The position numbers and the translations under genes are program-made. Positions 58,242-64,000 of a DNA stretch of 64,000 nucleotides are shown piece by piece. The notes beneath the pieces are model-generated. The model was not told the origin of the DNA. It saw only the letters and a list, made by a program, of their open reading frames with translations, and ran no database searches. Every line of letters starts with the position of its first letter. Within the stretch, counting starts at the first letter, position 1. This stretch comes from Auanema rhodensis (taxonomy: Eukaryota; Animalia; Nematoda), in contig OZ059897.1 of assembly GCA_964057225.1 (NCBI GenBank), positions 14,818,001 to 14,882,000 of the forward strand, written 5' to 3'.

Positions 58242-59521
58242 TTAGAAGGCTGCTTTCTGATTTGCTGATACAGTAACCTTTGATACAGTATATTTCTGCG
58301 GAATTATCAACTGTCGAACAACAGAGCTACATATAACCAGAAAAAGCGGAGGAAGTAGAGCCATAGCATCAGCAAAATATGGTTCTATTGTCACTAAGAT
58401 TACACTAAGTTTTGTTGATCTGTGAACATTATCCGCCATAAAATTATTAATAATCTTTAAATAATTTCAAAAATACTTAAAATTATAAAAATAGTCTTAC
58501 AACTCGAATTATATCCAACATGTGAACCGAAAATGTAGCTAGTGACATCATGAAGAGATTTAGCTCAGTTTTCCTAATAGCACTACGATTTTTCATCTGA
58601 ACCTACAGTTAAATAAAATATTTTTTAGTATTGAAGATAATTACACATCAATATTTCCAAATTTGAAGGATTCATCTAAAATGTTTTTATGAATAAAAAG
58701 CCAAATTTACCGTATATAGTCGAACACATGTTGCTATTGTAAGTATAAGGTTAATAATAGTTATAACAAAATTAAAAATAACAATATTAGTAAACATATG
58801 AGTTACATACTGTAATACAAACATACATATTTATGTATTTTAAAATAAATTGTTTCATTTAAAAACTTAAACATTAATTTCTAAAACTAACTCACACTTG
58901 TTGATCTCGTTTGAAATCTATCTAATGCTTCAACATATACATATGAGGATTGACCAAATAAAACTGAATAATTACATATTGTTGGAGCTAAAAAGCCTAT
59001 TACAATAAAGTGAATCCACCAATCATTCCACATCTTCAAATATAATAATATTAAATTTATTAGTTTCAAAAATATGATTGATAACAACCTTTTCGAAGTT
59101 AAATGGGAAGAACATCATAGTAAATCGATTAAAAGATATCAAAAGAGACATAACGTGATGTAATGAATTCATATGAACATACATAAAATTAAAAAATTCT
59201 AATCCCCAAAAGTGAGAAACATTTGCAAAAAATGGTCCCAACAAACAGTTTTTACAAGTATTTTGAGGTATTCGAAAAATAATATAAATATTCAAATAAC
59301 CAAAAATATTCTAAAAATTGAAATATATATATCTATAAATTGCAAAAAAAACAATAACAATATCTTCTTACCATAACTGTTGTACTAAGATATAATCGAT
59401 AAAATGAACCACGTAATATTTTCCAATTCTTTAGGATTAGATATGCTAGTATAACATATCCTATTAAGAATAAGGTGCCATATATTACGGGAATTATAAA
59501 TGATGTAGTTGTCAAAGACAT
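58242..59521 (-). CDS. Serpentine chemoreceptor, Srg superfamily (srg-like)
   Basis: Seven hydrophobic segments; SFYRLY, RIPQNTCKNC, LLISFNRFT, ELNLF, PYFADAMAL and LVICSSVVR. Confidence 0.85.
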
Positions 59522-60957
59522 TTTCAGATGTATTTCTGCAACAAATAGGTTTTTGTGTTTCTAAAAAGTTAGAAGTTTGATATTGAAGATAGATTAAATG
59601 AAATCTTGAACACAACGTGTTTCAGATTTTTGGACAACTGATGAAATACGGTGAATTGATTTAATCAAATATATATATATGCATAAAGATAAATGTGATT
59701 ATTTATATGATTCTTCATTAAATAATTAAATTTAATGCTTTCCATTATATTAATTATTTCATCTTTAATCAAAAAAGTAAAATATAATTAATTTATTCTA
59801 AAAGAATATTTTTATACCGTAAATCTGTTATTACTAATGACTAATAATTAAAATATATTTAAATGAATAAAATGTTTAGTTAATTGAAAAACAATTAAGT
59901 AATTCTCTAATATGGTTATGAATAGAACAAAATGTGCAAAAATTAAAAAAAGAAATATGAAATAATATAATATTAGTTTTATTATAAATGTACATACATA
60001 TATATACAAAGTATATTTGATTTATAAATAAGTTATAAGTTATAGAATTTTAAAAAATTTAAACATTCTATATCATTTACTAACTATAACTGTTAATATT
60101 TATGTTTTGCTTCTTTTTTTTTTAAATATTGTAATTATATTTAAGTATTTTGGTAATATACAAATATCATCATAGTATTTTAAATATTATATTTTCCGTG
60201 GAACTTGTTTACAATTCCACGTAAAGTAAATCGTATTTGTTACATTTCTTTGGATCTACACACTAAACGGTTGAATGTGGTCTTTCCACCTCACAATGTT
60301 CTTTTTATCTTTTTCTATTTATACGTATACATACATAGGATGTGTGTACATATTATCTATCTATACCTCTCTCTCTCTCTATCTCTTCATAAACTATTAA
60401 AACATTTTCCTATACATCTTTTACCTTGTCTATGTTATCAGGAAGTGGTATTATCAAAGTGGTTTCAAAATATATGTACTTTAGATCATTTTAGACAGTA
60501 TTAGTTGTTCTGAAATTCAGTGATGCATTCATTAGAATATATTTTAATTAAATTAATAAATTAATGTAAAACTGTAAAACAAGAACGAAATATATAATAC
60601 ATAATAAATATAAAATTGGGGATTAAGATTTAAAGATCATACAAAATAAAAGGAAATGAATATCTGAAGTATTATTAAAATTTTTAGCTCAAAAAATAAG
60701 TTCAAAAAGTTCCCATGAAATGGTTCTTTTTTGTTTGTTTTCAGTAAAAATAAATGAGCAAAAACTAAAAAGTTTATGTTTTTAGCAAAGGTAAATGATA
60801 AAACTAAATAAAAAAACTATGCTAATCATGCAGTTGAATTTTACTTTCTCATAGGACCTATTAGAGTTATATCTATAAACCATTCTGTTGTTTTCAACTA
60901 TTATGGTTAAAGATTTATATAAGTTTTGAAATGCGATTTCTGATCTCTTTCTGCATC

Positions 60958-62568
60958 AGTAGTATAGGAATGAAGGATAATAATACCGTTTTTGACATTT
61001 CAGTCATTTTAACACATTTTTGTTCTCTGATGACAGAGAATCACCTCATTTACAACGCTTTTTTGAAAAAAGTGTGAAATCACAACATTTTTGAAGCTAA
61101 AAAGTGCTTATTTTCAGTAATTTTTATACATTTTCAACCAATTTTCTGTTGAGATGTCGATTTCATTTTTAATTTTCTATTTTCATGTTTAAATGCGCAA
61201 AAAATGTATCATTTTAACACTTTTCAGAAAATTGATGGATGTCTAAGGATGATTTGGTGGTGTATATATAGACGATATACAAAATCCGGCTTCTGCGTCT
61301 CTGCTCAAGCATCACTCTCATCCCCGCTCTAGCTCAACGCTTTTGCTTGCGCCTAATTTTTTCTTTCCTCTCAATGTTGCTTTCAAAATTTTTGACTTTT
61401 AGATCGGGAGCTGTGGACGGTTAAGCTATCGTCTACTATGGATAATCATAACCAGGTATACGCTGTCTTACTTACTTTTATCCGCCTATTTAATTAAATT
61501 TCAGAACGGATCATCTTCAAGCGGAGCTGATAGCTCATTCGGTGTGTTGGCCATGCCTTATGATGAGTTCGACATCAGGCTCAAGGATATCAACGGAGCA
61601 GAATTGGAAAAGGTGCGGTCTTTTTTTTTCAAAGCCTTCAAAAAAGTTATTATAGATCGGTGATGCGGAAGGTGTGAAGCACTTGAGCCCAGGGACATTC
61701 TCTGACCCAGCGTTTCCTGTGCAAGGAATCTTACATGGGCCGAACTCCAGGCTCATGGTGCCTTTGTCTTTCTAACGGTTCCGGAAACCGGAATCCCCAA
61801 TCGTCAATGTATGGTGCCTGATTGACACCGGTAGTCCGTTCACGTGTTTGACTGTGAAGACCATAGAGGCTTCTGTCGGTGTTGGAAACGTCGTCGACGG
61901 GAACTACTATCCTTGTTAGGTTTGTTTGCTGTACTTTTTATTTGAAAATAATATTGTATGAAATTCAGGACCAGCCGACTCGAATCGAATGTCAAGTCAG
62001 CAAAGTTGGCCCGATTTTGAGCATGTCAATATTCTGGGAATTGATTCGTTGCGTATTTTGAATGTTACTTGACTATGAATTGGAGTGCGAACTCCTTCTC
62101 GCTTATCCAAGTGTAGGCACTCTGTTTCGATAAATCGTTTTCATTATGAGTCTCTCTTTATCGCTTGTTTCCATCGTTTCTTGGATATCCAGATTTGTTA
62201 GTGGTGGTAGATCTTTTGTGAATTTCATTTATTTTTTATCTTCAGAGATAATACCACTTTCTTTCTAAAATCGACATCCTTAGACATCCATGAATTTTCT
62301 GAAAAGTGTTAAAATGATACATTTTTTGCGCATTTAAACATGAAAATAGAAAATTAAAAATGAAATCGACATCTCAACAGAAAATTGGTTGAAAATGTAT
62401 AAAAATTACTGAAAATAAGCACTTTTTAGCTTCAAAAATGTTGTGATTTCACACTTTTTTCAAAAAAGCGTTGTAAATGAGGTGATTCTCTGTCATCAGA
62501 GAACAAAAATGTGTTAAAATGACTGAAATGTCAAAAACGGTATTATTATCCTTCATTCCTATACTACT
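60958..62568. mobile_element. Non-autonomous Maverick/Polinton-type element (1611 bp) with cargo gene
   Basis: TIRs 60958-61251 and 62275-62568 (294 bp, one mismatch seen). Termini are AGTAGTATAGG...CCTATACTACT. A 6-bp direct repeat TGCATC flanks it at 60952-60957 and 62569-62574. Confidence 0.88.
61438..62116 (+). pseudogene. Spliced retropepsin-like (clan AA) aspartic protease pseudogene inside the element
   Basis: MDNHNQ/NGSS..YDEFDIRLKDI..EK/IGDAEG..FPVQGILHGPNSRLMVPLSF*RFRKPESPIVNVWCLIDTGSPFTCL..; later HVNILGID (the hydrophobic-Gly motif of retropepsins). In-frame TAA at 61773-61775, a TAG before the third intron, and apparent frameshifts in the last exon. Confidence 0.75.
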
Positions 62569-62934
62569 TGCATCACACAATATAAAGTACTATATTAACA
62601 GAGATCAAACTATTAGAAATTTTATTCTAAACTATCTCCAAATTGCAAAGTGAAATCAAATTAGTTTCTTTATGAAATCGTTAATTCAGAAAAGATGAAA
62701 TTTTGCTCAATATGATATCGTAAACCTCGAAGTATTATCTGGAATGTTCGTTTTCTTTGCTGATTGCTTGGTTTTTGGCCGATGCTGCGGTTTCTTCTAC
62801 TCCTAATGAACATGGATAAAGAATCGTCCACCAGGATGTAACGCCAACACACCACATGGTCCTTATCAGTTGCTGGGGCAATATTTAAGGATGGAGACTT
62901 TGAGGAGAAGCCAGTGTATCACTCTACTCACAGA

Positions 62935-63746
62935 ATGTACAAGCTCGCTATCTTCGCTGCTCTCCTCGGTAAGTGAAAACCCCAATGCAGATACGATCTT
63001 AGAAAAAATCTACTGCAACTTGCTTAGATCCAGCAATTTTTACTAGAAAATATAGAATTGGCTCTTGAAACTGAACATTATGATTTTCAGCTGTCACCAG
63101 CGCCATCGTCATCAGCACTGATGTCACCATGCCATCCAGCACTTGCACCCATTGCATCTGCCTCCAGGAATCTGGATGCAAGCCAATTGGATGTGAAATG
63201 GACGTCGGATCCCTCTCCTGCGGATACTACCAAATCAAGCTCCCATACTACGAGGACTGCGGACAAGTAGGAAGAAGAAACGGAGAAGACATCCAAGCCG
63301 CCTGGAAGAGATGTGCCAACGACCTCAACTGCGCCACCACCTGTGTCCAGGTAACCATTAATTTTGGCTTATTTTTTTCATTAGCATGTGAAATACGAAG
63401 GTGTCTTGGGTTGAACAAAACCTTTTCCCACAATTTTCCTTCCGATTTCCCATGAATGTATCTGACTGTTTGGCAAACTTTTCAAAAGCACTAATTTCAT
63501 TTTAAATTGACCAATGCCAAAGATCTCACACCGAACAATTCAAAACAATTTCTATTATGTTTCATGAATATAATTATATTTCTTCAGAACTACTACAAGC
63601 GTTATGCTTCTCAATGCAACGGAATGGGACAAAGCGCCTGCCAAGTTATGGCCCGTAACCACAACGGAGGACCAAGAGGATGCCACAACGGAGGAACCGT
63701 CGGATACTGGAACCACGTCAGCTCTTGCTGCAAGGGACAATGCTAA
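62935..63746 (+). CDS. ilys: Invertebrate-type lysozyme (destabilase family)
   Basis: Signal peptide; CTHCICLQESGCKPIGCEMDVGSLSCGYYQIKLPYYEDC..WKRCANDLNCATTCV..ARNHNGGPRGC. Three exons. Confidence 0.95.
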
Positions 63747-64000
63747 TTCCTCACACATATCGATAGTTCTGAGAAATAGTTCTATTTTTTTTAATAAAAG
63801 TATAATTATTAATCAGATGAACTAAAAATATTATCTAATAAATAATGTATATAACACATATGTTTTTTTTTTTAAATTTGTTTATAGAAAAAAGTGAAAT
63901 GAAAACATTTCTAGAAGTAATATGAAACACAATCAAATTTGAATCAAAAAGAAAGATCAAGAATAATTCAATTGAATTGATTGTATTACAATCATATAAA

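Overview
AT-rich eukaryotic genomic DNA from a rhabditid-like nematode: genes are split by many ~45-50 nt GT-AG introns with TTTCAG-like acceptors, so the six-frame ORF track is mostly exon fragments. By manual splicing I find about 20 genes. A tightly packed minus-strand, operon-like run comprises zyg-9, THOC1, RRP9, rfip-1, an unresolved gene and Nup85. It is followed by a small secreted protein, a CYP2-clan P450 with extra upstream exons, prom-1/FBXO47, a cuticlin ZP protein, an MSP-domain protein with an (EEKK)n tail, mtr-4, a Cys-rich secreted protein, lin-31, sqv-8, CCDC130/YJU2B, dimt-1, an SLC10 transporter, an srg-type chemoreceptor and an i-type lysozyme. Two items stand out. (1) A 1.6 kb non-autonomous Maverick/Polinton-type element (AGTAGT termini, 294-bp near-perfect TIRs, 6-bp TGCATC target duplication) carries only a spliced, decayed retropepsin-like aspartic protease cargo gene. 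(2) A highly base-paired ~350-nt RNA-like sequence with H/ACA-like features fills the last intron of mtr-4. Exon boundaries and gene names come from manual reading and recalled family motifs, not database searches.
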